64,000 nucleotides of DNA from Mobula hypostoma (GCF_963921235.1 NC_086097.1:147438001-147502000); one strand, 5' to 3'. Counted from the stretch's first letter, positions 26,520-39,210 are shown. Notes: a model not told the origin generated them from the letters alone. Translations and numbers: made by a program.

Positions 26520-27315
26520 CTTTAAATTATTCCTCTCTGAGTTGTCTCTGGATAACTAACACCAACATAATACCTGTGGAACCAGAGAAGCCAACACACT
26601 TGACCACTGTTATATCCCCATCAATAATGCTTATTGGGCCATCCCGTGCCCGCACTTTGGAAAGTCCAGTATTTCTATTCCCAGCATATAGGCAGAAACT
26701 AAAGAATCACAGCACCAGTGAAGAGGACCAAGAAGCCATAGTCAAAGGAGTTTAAGTAATGCTCACAGGACTACTTTGAGTCAGGTGAGTGGATTCAAGG
26801 ATTCATCTTCAAATCTGAATGAATACGCCACAGTTGTCACCAACTTCGTTGAGATCTGTGTGCACCATTGTCTGGCATTGAGGGGCCACTGTACAGGATC
26901 AGAAAAGTATGCAGGAAGTTTTAAACACGGACAGCTCCATCATGGGCACCAGACTCCCCAGCATCAAGGACATTTTCAAAAGGCAATGCAACAAAAAGGT
27001 GGCATCCATCATTAAGGGCCCCATCATCCAGGACATACCCTTCTCGCATGGCTGCTATCAAAGAGTAACAGAAACCTGAAGACACACACTATGTTTTAGA
27101 AACAGCTTCTTCCTCACTGCCATCAGATTTCTGCATGGACAATGAAGCCAAGTATACTCACAATATTTTTTTTTTCATTTTTGCTCCCTTTTATATAGAT
27201 TTCTTATAGTAATTTATAGTTTTTATTATTATGTGTTGCAATGTACTACTGCCACAAAACACTAAATTTCACGACGTATGGAAATAACATTAAACCTGAT
27301 TCTGATTCCGATTCT
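26520..27315 (+). mobile_element. Internally deleted Rex1/Babar LINE with (GATTCT)n tail
   Basis: Endonuclease remnant (ITCGTREANTLDHCY) is joined to the RT C-terminus and the 3' end aaacctgattctgattccgattct. Confidence 0.75.
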
Positions 27316-27769
27316 TGCCAAACTCTGAGGTCCTTGGTTAAAGCACTATGTTGCATTGTACAAACTTAACCTCTCTCTTCGCTAATATTAATTCATTCTC
27401 AGTCAAAGCTGTAGCTCCATTTCATCCTTAACGACAGTACATATCTCCAACAATTTTTTTTTGTTTTTATTACAGATTCCCAGCTTCTGCAGCTTTTTAT
27501 TTCTGATTTGGTAGTGTTGTTGAATCTTTTGGAGTTCATGGAACAGCAAACTAAGGGGATGGATGAAGGTGAGGCAGAGGATGTTGTCTACATGGATTTT
27601 TAGTCTGGCCTTTTGATGAGATCCGGTGTGACGGACTGATCTGAAAGATTATATCCATTCCACCGCAAGACATAGGAGCATAATTAGCCCATTCCAGTCA
27701 TCATGTCTGCTCTGCCATTCTAATAAGGCTGATTTATTATCCCTCTCAACCCATTCTCCTACCTCTCCC

Positions 27770-28524
27770 CATAAGAAATAAGGTGGATGATCTTGTTGCT
27801 CTATTACAGATTGCCAGGTATGATGTTGTGGCCATCGCTGAGCCGTGGCTGAAGGATGGTTATAGTTGGGAGTTGAATGTCCAAGGTTACACATTATATC
27901 AGAAGGATAGAAAGGTAGGCAGAGGGGTGGTGTGGTTCTACTGGTAAAGAATGGCATCAAATCAGTAGAAAGATGTGATATAGGATCGGAAGATGTTGAA
28001 TTCTTGTGGGTTGAGTTAAGAAACTGCAAGGGTAAAAGGACGTTGATGGAAGTTATACACAGGCCTCCCAACGGTAACTGGGAGGTGGACCACAGATTAC
28101 AACGGGAAATAGAAAAGGCGTGTCAAAGGGGCAATGTTATGGTAGTCACGGGAGATTTTAACATGCAGGTTGATTAGGGAAAATCAGGATAGTAATGGAT
28201 CTCAAGAGAGTGAGTTTGTTGAATGCCTAAGAGATGGCCTTTTAGATCAGTTTGTCGTTGAGCCTACTAGGGGATCAGCGATACTGGCTTCAGTGTTATA
28301 TAATGAACCAGAGACGATTAGGGAGCTTAAGGTAAAAGAACCCTTAGGAACCAGTGATCACAATATGGTTGAGTTCAACTTGAAATTTGATAGGAGGAAA
28401 GTAAAGTCTGATGTAGCAGTATTTCAGTGGAGTAAAGGAAATTACAGTGATATGAGAGAGGTGTTGGCCAAAGTAAATTGGAAGGAGCTGCTGGCAGGAA
28501 TGTCAGCAGAGCAGCAATGGTGTG
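27770..28524 (+). mobile_element. CR1 LINE ORF2 AP-endonuclease fragment
   Basis: ORFs 27932..28177 and 28170..28550 contain LWVELRNCKG...RPPN, GDFN and PTRGSAIL...LGTSDHNMVEF. Confidence 0.9.
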
Positions 28525-30150
28525 CTCCTTCTTCAGCACCTCATTGTTGAAGACAATGATACCCATGATGCATCAAATGCAATGCTGATGAAAGTGATTG
28601 AGCAACTGGATTTGCTTGCAGTACAAGACCCGGGCTTTGGAGCCATATGGCAGTGTCGGAACAACAACAGCCCTGCACACCTAGATTTTTGTGGACAGAC
28701 ACAGTTGGTGGTTCATCCACACATGGTTCTGGAGGCTGGGAGCAGTGCTGGTTCTGGCAGACAAGGAAGCCATCATGAGGCGATGGACAGAGCACTATGA
28801 GAGCCTTTTCCGGATAATCGTCAAGTACAAGAAGTATCCATTGAAATGATCCCGGAGCAAGTGGTCAGGCTTAAGCTTCATGGCCGTCAACTCTGGATGA
28901 GGTCAAAGCTGCTATTTCCAAGCTGAAATGCCATGAAGTCCCATTTTTTTAGCCAGAGGGTGGTGAATCTATGGAATTTGTTGCCAAGGGAGGCAGTGGA
29001 GACCAAGTCATTGGGTATATTTAAGGCAGAGATTGATAGGTATCTGAGTAGCCAGGGCATCAAAGGTTATGGTGAGAAGGCGGGGGAGTGGGACTAAATG
29101 GGAGAATGGATCAGCTCCTGATAAAACAGCGGAGCAGACTCGATGGGCCAAATGGCGGGCTTCTGCTCCTTTGTCTTATGGTCTTATGGTCCCAGGCATT
29201 GATGGGAACCCAGTGGAAGCATATCAAAAGTGCAAAGACATTCTCCTGAGTGAACTCACAAACCTTGGAAGAAAATTCAGTCCCAAATAACCTACACAAC
29301 ACTGTAATTGTCTCCCTGTACAAGAACAAAGGGAAGAAATCGGATTGCACAAACTACAACGGCATAACCCTGCTGTCCACTGCCGGGAAGATCCTCACCA
29401 GAAGGCTCTTGGACAGAGCCATCCCTACCATTGCTGAAGGCAACCTCACAGAGAGTCTGTCAGGATTCAGGGTGAACAGAGGCACACTCGACATGATCTT
29501 CGTCCTGCGCCAGATATAGGAGAGGTGTCGTCAACAGAATGTGGGACTATACACGGTGTTCATGGACCTGACCAAGGTCTTTGATACAGTTAGCGGTGAT
29601 GGCCTCTGGAAGATTCCGTCAAAGCTTGGCTGTCCCCCAAAATTCCTTCCTGTCCTGCTGCAGTGTCATGAAGGCCAAAACGGTCAGGTTAAATACAACG
29701 GCAACCTGTCTGATGCATTCCCCATCAGTACCAGCACAAAATATGGCTGTGTTTTTGCACAAATGCTCTTTGCCATTTTTTTCAGCATGATAACATGTGA
29801 AGTGAAAGAGACCACCTTGGAGAGCATTTACATTTGGTTCTGCACTGACAGAAATATCTTCAACCTCCACCGCCTTCTCGCCCAAACAAAAACCGTACAA
29901 GCACCCACTCTTGAGCTACTATCACGCACACAGAGGACATGCTACAAGCTGCAGTCACTCTGTTCACCAAGGCTGCAAGGGCGTTCAGGTTAGCGGTCAG
30001 TCTGAAGAAAGCAATGATCCTCCATCACAAGCCCCCTCATGGCACATACAGGCCACCTGAAACTACCATTGATAACCATCCTTTCACCACGTTTGAGCAG
30101 TTTGCCTACCTGGGCAGCATCAACTCCAACAATACTACGGTGGTAAAGGA
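28525..30150 (+). mobile_element. Decayed RTE-clade LINE RT region, split by a CR1 insertion
   Basis: RWTEHYESLF, PSTLDEVKAAISKLKCHEV|PGIDG, NYNGITLLSTAGKIL, GFRVNRGTLDMIFVLRQI, FMDLTKVFDTV and FAYLGSI. Confidence 0.9.
28944..29188 (+). mobile_element. CR1 3' end inserted in the RTE element
   Basis: CR1 3' end with (TATGGTCT)n tail, flanked by GTCCCA at 28938-28943 and 29189-29194. Confidence 0.85.
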
Positions 30151-30866
30151 TACAAATTTTACTGAAATATTAAATATACAACACTCTTTCCTGCTGAGAT
30201 ATAAACTTAAACTCAATATAGAATGCATCTCAACTTTCTACACAGTATATTATATCATACAACCACTGTTAAAACATCTACAGCATAATAAATTTTATAT
30301 TGTCCCATCCAGCCCTAAAGATTTAATCGCTGTGGAGGACTTCTTACTTCTCTGGGATAACATCATTCCTGACAACAGAAATCACTCTGCTTTGCAGATG
30401 AGAATTGTGGGCTGAGAAACAATCTCAGGTGCTGGGGCTTCCTCTGTGCTGGTTGTAGGAGTTGAGTCTGGGACTGCAGGAAACGGTTCCAACAGCTCTA
30501 GATACCTTTCCTCTGGTCATGTTGACAAACCAATCAGTGCACACCAAGATGCTCAATCTGTTGATCTATCCCAGGCCACCAGACAAGCTTTGAGCAAATG
30601 CTTTTTTGACCATGCCTAGATGACCAACGTGTAACTACTCTAATACTTTAGCTTTCAGCTTGGATGGTACAACAACTCTCAATCCCCAGATAACGCAACC
30701 TCCATCAAGGGCTGATAAAAATGGGGTAATGGATTTTTTTGCTGCGGACTCCAATGATTTTGAGTTGCCGGGTAGACCTGGTTCAGTTCTGGTTTCCCTT
30801 TGGATTATCTCTGCTGTAATAGGGAGATGTTCAACTTGTATTGGGGAGAATATGTCAAGAGGAGAG

Positions 30867-31795
30867 CAACATACATCAAAGTTGCTGGTGAACACAGCAG
30901 GCCAAGCAGCATCTATAGGAAGAGGCGCAGTCGACGTTTCAGGCCGAGACCCTTCGTCAGGACTAACTGAAGGAAGAGTGAGTAAGGGATTTGAAAGCTG
31001 GAGGGGGAGGGGGAGATGCAAAATGATAGGAGAAGACAGGAGGGGGAGGGATAGAGCCGAGAGCTGGACAGGTGATAGGCAAAAGGGGATACGAGAGGAT
31101 CATGGGACAGGAGGTCCGGGAAGAAAGACAAGGGAGGGGGGGGTGACCCAGAGGATGGGCAAGAGGTATATTCAGAGGGACAGAGGGAGAAAAAGGAGAG
31201 TGAGAGAAAGAATGTGTGCATAAAAATGAGTAACAGATGGGGTACGAGGGGGAAGTGGGGCCTTAGCGGAAGTTAGAGAAGTCAATGTTCATGCCATCAG
31301 GTTGGAGGCTACCCAGACGGAATATAAGGTGTTGTTCCTCCAACCTGAGTGTGGCTTCATCTTTACAGTAGAGGAGGCCGTGGATAGACATGTCAGAATG
31401 GGAATGGGATGTGGAATTAAAATGTGTGGCCACTGGGAGATCCTGCTTTCTCTGGCGGACAGAGCGTAGATGTTCAGCAAAGCGGTCTCCCAGTCTGCGT
31501 CGGGTCTCACCAATATATAAAAGGCCACATCGGGAGCACCGGACGCAATATATCACCCCAGTCGACTCACAGGTGAAGTGATGCCTCACCTGGAAGGACT
31601 GTTTGGGGCCCTGAATGGTGGTAAGGGAGGAAGTGTAAGGGCATGTGTAGCACTTGTTCCACTTACACGGATAAGTGCCAGGAGGGAGATCAGTGGGGAG
31701 GGATGGGGGGGACGAATGGACAAGGGAGTTGTGTAGGGAGCGATCCCTGCGGAATGCAGAGAGAGGGGGGGAGGGAAAGATGTGCTTAGTGGTGG
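30867..31795 (-). mobile_element. 5'-truncated Penelope-like element inserted in Gypsy pol
   Basis: GIY-YIG ORF part (VIYCVRCSRCGLLYIGET) plus 3' region. TSD GGAGAG at 30861-30866 and 31794-31799; removing the insertion restores the Gypsy frame EDSPLDIF. Confidence 0.93.
30928..30966 (-). ncRNA. Minimal type I hammerhead ribozyme motif, catalytic core intact
   Basis: Minus strand: ttagtc CTGACGA agggtctcggcct GAAA cg TC gactg. Stem I TAGTC/GACTG, short stem II, palindromic ACGT in place of stem III, GUC cleavage triplet. Confidence 0.8.
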
Positions 31796-34549
31796 AGAGT
31801 CTTCTTTTGTCAAATTGGCAGGTATTTCCTTTTCTAAGGGTAAATGGGACAATCATCAGCATTTCCATTAGTTCTCCACTTGAGTTCAATTTTTTACTCG
31901 TGTCCTCCAAGAGAAAGGGCCCATCTCTGTAGTCATACTGCTATTTTTAGTGGAACATCTTCCTGTTGATTGAAGATGGACACTAGCGGTTGATGATCAA
32001 TAATAAGAGTAAACTCTCTCCCATACAAGTACTGGTGGAAACATTTTGTACTCCAAACCAGACTCAAGGCCTCTCTGTCGTTCTGTGTGTCACTTTTCTC
32101 TGCAGCTTTAAGGAAACAAGATGCAAAGGCTACGGGGTGTTCACTTCCACCACTCATAACTTGTGACACACTTGTTGCTTCGTGCTCTGAGCCCGTAATC
32201 TTCTAATCTTTTTAACACTGTCTAGAGATTTTGGAAATGTACTTTGTCATCCTTACCAGTAACAATGATGTCATCCAGGTAAAACTGAGTGCCTGGGCAG
32301 CCTTGTATCACTTTGTTCATAATTTTCTGCAAAAGTGCAGGTGCAGATGCTACTCCAAAACTAAGTCTGTTATATCAATAAAACCCTTTCTGAGTGTTCA
32401 TGGTGGGAAACACTTTCGACTCATCTGGCATCTGTAGGTAGGCTTCAGCTAAGTCCACTTTGCTGAACTGTTTCCCTCCAGAAAGGTTCATAAAGGAATC
32501 ATCCATCCTGGGCAAAGGATATTGATCTATTTTCACTTCTCGGTTGATGGTGACCTTAAAATCACTACAGATCCTGACAGAATAATTTTTCGTAGCTGCC
32601 AGGACCACTAGTATTGCCCATGGGCTCCACACAACCTTGGAAAGCATTCTTACAGCCTCCACGCAATCTAGCTCGCTGGCTACTTTATCATGAATGGTAT
32701 AAGGAACTGAACAGGCTTTGTAAAACTTGGTTATGGCATTTCATTTAACACTATTTTACCCTTGATATGTTGGAGTTTTCCAATGCGATCCTTGAACATG
32801 CCTGTGACATCATCCAGTACCTTTCTTAATTTGCTTTCAGTTGACTCTAATGCAGAGGATGTGGTATCAAGTTGTCCCAGCCACTCACATCCCCACAATG
32901 CTGGCCCTCTTTTTTTAACTGCATACAAGGCCAATGTGGCTTCTTGGTTGTTGCATTTCACTGTTATGAACCTCATTCCCACAGGAATGATCTTTTCTCC
33001 AAATCCCAGTTGGATATCTGCAGACTTCAGTCCAGTAAGTTTGAAATGCCTTTCAAACTTATTTTGTAGAATGACTGAAACAGCCAAGGCAGTGTCCAAT
33101 TCTATTTTAATTAATTTGCTGTTCACTTCTGGTGTAAGTCATATTGCTTGTCTCTTGCTAGATTTCACATTGTAAGTCTCAAGGCTACTCAGTTCTGGGT
33201 CACTCTCATCATTATCGGATTTTTCATCAACAAAATGCAGATTAGTGCTCTTTTCGAAACTGCAACTTGACTTTTTATCTTTATCTTTTCGATGTGCAGT
33301 CCATTTATTTTTATCTGCCTGACATACGCTTTGTATGTTTCCCACTTTGTTGCATTTTCTGCAAGATTCACCTTTAAATCAGCATCGGTCTAGTGAGACC
33401 CTGCCATAGAGCTAACACACTTTGCTCAGCAAGGCAGGTCTCTGTTTAGATGTTGATATTTTGTTCATGCTTACTTTCATGCCTGACTGCATCCCGGTTT
33501 GCTGTTTCTATTGATAAAGTGATTTCTACCGCTCTTTTACATGAGAGTTGTGCTTCCATTTGGAGCTGTTTTGAATGTAAGATTGCACAAACTAAATGAT
33601 CTCTCAGTGTATCATTAAACCCACCACAGAACTGGCAATGCTCAAATAATCTCTTCAATTCAGCCACATGCATTGAAACAGACTTGCCTTCCTTTTCATT
33701 CTGCTTATGAAACCTAAAGGATTCTGCTATCAGCAATGGTTTTGGTTCTAAATGTTCCTGCGTTAATTTCACAATATCAGCAAAGCTCATATTGAATGCT
33801 TTAGTTGGAGCAATCAAATTTCTAAGTAAACGGTATGTCTTTCTATCTAATACATTCAGCAAAATGGCTTCTCATTTTTCATTGGCTATTTTATTTGCTT
33901 CAAAATATTACTCAATTTTTCCAGAACTTAATATCCAGTTTTCTCTTGTGTGATCAAACATGTTTATACTTCTAATGTAGCTAGCTATTTATTTCTGCTT
34001 TATTTATTTTTTATTATTATCACCCAGTACTTGCTGTTTATGAAGCCTTGAATTCATCCATTTCCTGCCTTTCTTAACTTGACGACTCACTGCACTTTTT
34101 AAAAACTTGAACATCTCGCTGTGCTTCATCAAGTAGATAATCATCTCAGGTTCATTTAAAACTTACTCATTACCACAATTATGTTTCATAACTCCAAAAT
34201 ATAAAACCAATTGAAAGAAAAACCTGAAGCTGTGTGTGCTTTGGGGTTTTTTAATTTAGTGAATTGTGCACTTCTGACTTGGTGTAATGGCATATGCCAT
34301 TCATGTACTTTTACATATAACCTGCAATGCATTATGTAAACAACAAAGAATGCTTATTCAAACAATATATTTGCAATATTAAACACAGGAAAGTCTGCAG
34401 ATGCTGGAAATCCAAAGCAATGCACACAAAATGCTGGAGGAAGAGAAGATGCCAGAATAAAAAAGTGGGGGGAGGGGGTGAATTTACACAATATCACTCA
34501 ATATTACAATATTACTCCAATATTCCTGAAATATTAAATAGATAACATA

Positions 34550-37200
34550 GATCTTTCAATATCCAACAGAATTCAATGTAATTCCTCCCATTCTACTAAA
34601 CTCCAGTGAGTACAAGCTCAGAACCTTCAAATGCTCCTCATACGTTAACCCTTTCATTCCTGGCATCATTCTCATGAACCTCCTCTGAACCCTCTCCATT
34701 GTTTCTTAGATAAGGGGCCTAAAACTGCTCAAAATATTCCAAATGTGGTTTGACTAGTGCCTTATAAAGCCTCAGCATTACACCTTGCATTTATATTCTC
34801 ATCTTCTCAATATAATTGCTAATATTGCATTTGCCCTCCTTACTATCGACTCAACCTGCAAGTTACCTTTCATGGAATTCTGCACAAAGACTCCTTTGCA
34901 CCTGTTTTGAATTTTCTCCCAATTTAGAAAATAGTCTTTGTCTTTATTCTTTCTACCAAAGTGCATAACTGTATGCTTCGCCACACTGTATTCCATCTGC
35001 TACTTCTTTGCACATTCTCCCAATCTGTCTAAATTCTTCTGCAGGCTCCCTGCTTCCTCAAAACTACCAGTCCCTCCATCTATCTTCATATCATCTGCCA
35101 CCTTGGTGACAAGGATATTAATTCTGTCATCCAAATTATTGGTATATCGTTTGTAAAAAAGCTGTCCCAACACTGACCTCTACAACACACCACTAGTCAC
35201 TGGCAGCCAACCAGAAAGGGTCCCCTTTATTGCCAGGCTTTGCTTCCTGCCAATCAGCCTATCTTCTATCCATGCTAGTATCTCTCCTGTAATACCATGG
35301 GTTCTTATCTTGTTAAATAGCCTCATGCACTGCACTTCATCAAATACCTTCTGAAAATCCAAATAAACAATGCCCACTGACTCTTCTTTTCAATCTTGCT
35401 GTTCTTTCCTCAAAAAATGCCAACAGATTAGTCAGGTTTCCTCTTAAAGAAACCATGTTGACTTTGGACTATTTTATCATGTGCCTCCAAGTACCCCAAA
35501 GCCTCGTGCTTCCCAAACACTGATATTGGATTAACTGGTCTATAGTTTTCTTCCTTCTGTTTCCCTCTATTCTTAAAGAGTGGCATGAAATTTGCAATTT
35601 TCCAGTCCTCAGGAACCATTCCAGAATCTAGTGTTTCTTGAAAGATTATTAATAATGTCTCCACAATTTCTTCAGAACCCAGGGGTGTATTTCACCTGGT
35701 GCAGGTGAGTTATCTGCCTTCAGACGTTTCAGCTTCCCAGGCACCTTCTCCTTAATAACAATTACACTTACTTCTACTTCCTACACTCTTCAATTTCTGA
35801 CGTACTGCTAGTGTCTTCCACAGTGAGCACTGACATGAAATACTTATTAAGTTTGTCCACCATTTCTTTGTCCCCCATTACTACCTCCTCTGTTTCATTT
35901 TTCAGTGGTGAGATCTCCACTCTTGCCTCTCTTTTTCTCTTTATATATATATAAAAAAAATCTTTTGGTATCCTCTTTTATATTACCTTCATAAATCAGT
36001 TTTTCTCTCCAAATGGCGTTTTAAACTACCTCCTCTTGGTTTTTGGACACACCCCTATCCTTTAACTTCCCACTAATCCCATATTTTTTGATATATTATA
36101 TGCCTTCTCTTTTGCTTTTATACTGTCTGTGACTTTCCTTGTCATCCACAGTTGCCTTCACCTCCATTTAGAATACTTCTTCATCTTTGGGATGTATCTA
36201 TCCTGCACCTTCCAAGGTTTACAATACATTTATTATCAAAGTATGCATGCAGTACACAACTCTGAGGTTCATCTTCTTTAGACAGACACAAAACAAAAAA
36301 AATCAAGCAAGCTGTTCAAAGTAAAACATCAACCCCCCCGCCCCTCACCCCAGGGATAGAGACCATTAGAATGCAGGGGCCTACGCTTGCGACGGGAACA
36401 GAGGTGAGAGAAGTATCATCACACAAAGACAACTTCCTCCGTCAGCAGCAAGCGAAAGGTTGGTAGATAGTGCTGAACACTCGCTTGGCTTCCACACTTG
36501 CCTTAATGCTTCAATCGTCCTTGATGCTTTAATCAGCAATATTGGTGAGAAATGGATTTGATTATGGGCTCACACCCCATCTGTAAGCTTCTTGGCCTTG
36601 AGGCCACTCACTCTCTGGAACCTTCTTGGAGGCAGCAAAGCGCCAGGTCGCTCAATCTGTTCAAAAACACACTTTCAAGCTGTAGCTTACAGGTTCCAAC
36701 AGTACCAGAAACACATTTAAAAGTAAAAGAAGTGAAAGATACAGTTTCATGAACTATCTGGGAGATGTCACCCATGGTAGCATTGTCAGCTAGCACCATT
36801 TTGACCAAAACCTTCCAAATAGTTCTCAGATACTTCAGCCATTGTTGTTCTGCCGCCATCCCTGCTCGTGTCCCCTTCAAATCAACTTTGGCCAGCTCCT
36901 CACTCATATCTCTGTAATTCCCTTTAATCCACTGTAATATTGATACAAATGACTTCAGCTTCTTCCTCACAAACTACAGGGTGAATTCTATCATAATATA
37001 ATCACTGTCTCCTAAGGATTCCTTTACCTTAAGTTCCCTAATAAAATCTGGCTAAAGTCAGAACAGTCAAGCCAGAACTGCCTTTACCCTAGTGAACTGA
37101 ACCACAAGCTGCTCTAAAAAGGCATCTTGTAGGCATTCTACAAATTCCTGCTTTTGGGTTCTAGCACCAACCTGATTTTCCCAATCTTACTGCATGTTGA
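34550..37200 (-). mobile_element. Decayed CR1 LINE ORF2
   Basis: VPEDWKIANFMPLFK...NYRPVN, VYLDFQKVFDEV, and WIKGNYRDMSEELAKVD. Confidence 0.9.
36216..36809 (-). mobile_element. Non-autonomous Rex1-tailed element inserted in CR1
   Basis: Perfect 9-bp TSD ACCTTCCAA (36207-36215 / 36810-36818). Tail region acatttattatcaaagtatgcatg; 5' end tagcaccattttg. Confidence 0.8.
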
Positions 37201-37204
37201 ATCA

Positions 37205-39210
37205 AGTCACATGTGACTCAGGGAGAACAAGCAAGACGGATTCCAGATTGGCTCAATAGTAGGAAGCAGTGTGAGATGTTTGAAGCAACACACATCAAAG
37301 TTGCTGGTGAATGCAGCAGGCCAGGCAGCATCTCTAGGAAGAGGCACAGTCGACGTTTCGGGCCGAGACCCTTCGTCACGACTAACTGAAAGAAGAGCTA
37401 GTAAGAGATTTGAAAGTGGGAGGGGGAGGGGAGATCCAAAATGATAGGAGAAGACAGGAGGGAGAGGGATGGAGCCAAGAGCTGGACAGTTGATTGGCAA
37501 AAGGGATTTGACAGGATCATGGGACAGGAGGCCCAGGGAGAAGGAAAAGGGAGAGAAAAACCCAAAGGATGGGCAAGGGGTATATTCAGAGGGACAGAGG
37601 GAGAAAAAGGAGAGAGAAAGAATGTGTGTATATAAATAAATAACGGATGGGATACGAGGGGGAGGTGGGGCATTAGCAGAAGTTAGAGAAGTCGATGTGC
37701 ATGCCATCAGGTTGGAGGCTACCCAGACGGAATATAAGGTGTTGTTCCTCCAACCTGAGTGTGGCTTCATCTTTACAGTAGAGGAGGCCGTGGATAGACA
37801 TATCAGAATGGGAATGGGATGTGGAATTAAAATGTGTGGCCACTGGGAGATCCTGCTTTCTCTGGCGGACGGAGCCTTTTCCTTCTCCCTGGGCCTCCTG
37901 TCCCATGATCCTCTCATATCCCTTTTGCCAATCACCTGTCCAGCTCTTGGCTTCATCCCTCCCCCTTCTGTCTTCTCCTATCATTTTGGATCTCCCCTCC
38001 CCCTCCTACTTTCAAATCTCTTACTAGCTCTTCCTTCAGTTAGTCCTGACGAAGGGTCTCGGCCCAAAACGTCGACTGTACCTCTTTCTAGAGATGCTGC
38101 CTGGCCTGCTGCGTTCACCAGCAACTTTGATGTGTGTTGCTTGAATTTCCAGCATCTGCAGAATTCCTCATGTTTGTGAGATGGCTGGAAGTTGATTCCC
38201 TGGATGGAGATCTGTGATGAGTGGGATGCCCATGGCTCAGTGTTAGGGCCTCTGTTATTCATTATTGATGTAAATAATTTGAATATGAATGTACATGACA
38301 AGATTAGCAGGTTTGCTGATGATAATAAATTGCGGGGACTTAATGATAGTGAAGCAGGTTACAGAGACTTAGAAGGAGATTGCGATCAGTTAGAGCAATG
38401 GGCTGAGGTACTGCAAATGAATTTCGACAAGTAGTTGTGAGGTGATGCATTTAGCACCTATACTGTAAAAGGCAGGGCACGGACAAGTATTGTGAAACAG
38501 AGAGACCTAGGACAGCACGTACACAGTTCGTTGAAAAGGGGCGTGCAACTGAATTGGATTATGAAGAAGGCATTTAGCATACTGGCCTTCATCAGTCAAG
38601 GCATCAAGTTTACAAGTAGCAACATTATATTGTAGTTATATACATCATTGGTGAGATTGCACTTAGAGAATTGTATACAGTTCTGGTAACTCTATTATAG
38701 GAAAGATATTGTCAAGCTGGAGAGCGTAAGGAGAGATTTGTGAAGATTCTACTTCAGCTAGAAGGTCCGAGTTATAAGGAGAGGTTGGCCATAGTGGACC
38801 TTTATTTCCCGGAGCATAGAATAAGAGATGTCTCAATAAGAGTTTATAAAATCATGAAGTATATAGATAAGGTGGAAGATCATAGTCTCTTCCTCAGGGT
38901 TGGAGAGTCCAAAGCCAAAGAGCACAGGTGCAAGATAAGAGAGAAGAAATTAAAAGAGACCTGAGATGCAACTTCTTTACTCAAAGGGTGGTGAGTACCT
39001 AGAATGAGCTGCCAGAAGAAAGAGTCAAGGTTGGAACAATTGCAGCTTTTAAGAAGCATAGGGATAGGTACAGTACACAGAGGCATGGAGGGGAAAACCT
39101 TGGAGGATTATGTGACAAATGCAGACAACTGGGACTAACAGAGAGGAGGTCATGATTGGCATGGACCAGTGGCGCAAAAGGGCCTGTTTCAGTGCTGCAT
39201 TACTCTATAA
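37205..39210 (+). mobile_element. CR1 LINE RT and 3' end, interrupted by the inverted Penelope
   Basis: GSVLGPLLFIIDVNNL...ISRFADDNKL and the CR1 3' end gggcctgtttcagtgctgcattactctata. Confidence 0.88.
37279..38174. mobile_element. Tail-out inverted Penelope-like insertion (minus arm 37279-37872, plus arm 37873-38174) within CR1
   Basis: ~270-bp inverted arms. 9-bp TSD TGTGAGATG (37270-37278 / 38175-38183). Ribozyme motifs at 37347-37385 (-, GTGACGA) and 38040-38078 (+, AAAA for GAAA). Confidence 0.92.

Larger units (their letters stand above)
30150..34548 (-). mobile_element. Decayed Gypsy LTR retrotransposon (LTR-gag-PR-RT-RH-INT remnant-PPT-partial LTR)
   Basis: Gag 33446..33862; protease IKIELDTALAVSVI; RT VRICSDFKVTIN...YPLPR...FSKVDLAEAY; RH AFAS...DREAL...FTLIIDHQPL. 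PPT at 30184-30195 adjoins TGTTGTATATT. PBS-like TGGTAATGAG at ~34166-34175; 5' LTR ~34178-34548. Confidence 0.9.

Noticed and set aside
28525..28943. Separate element or host exon (ORF 28522..28800)
   Set aside because: It is the upstream part of the same plus-strand RTE, displaced by a CR1 insertion with TSD GTCCCA.
31263..31910. 215-aa ORF as a novel Gypsy-GIY-YIG fusion protein
   Set aside because: The N-terminal part is out-of-frame Gypsy sequence read across the Penelope insertion junction (TSD GGAGAG), so the fusion is accidental.
37207..38179. 249-aa and 160-aa ORFs
   Set aside because: They are alternative-frame read-through of the inverted Penelope arms and the pyrimidine-rich 3' region.
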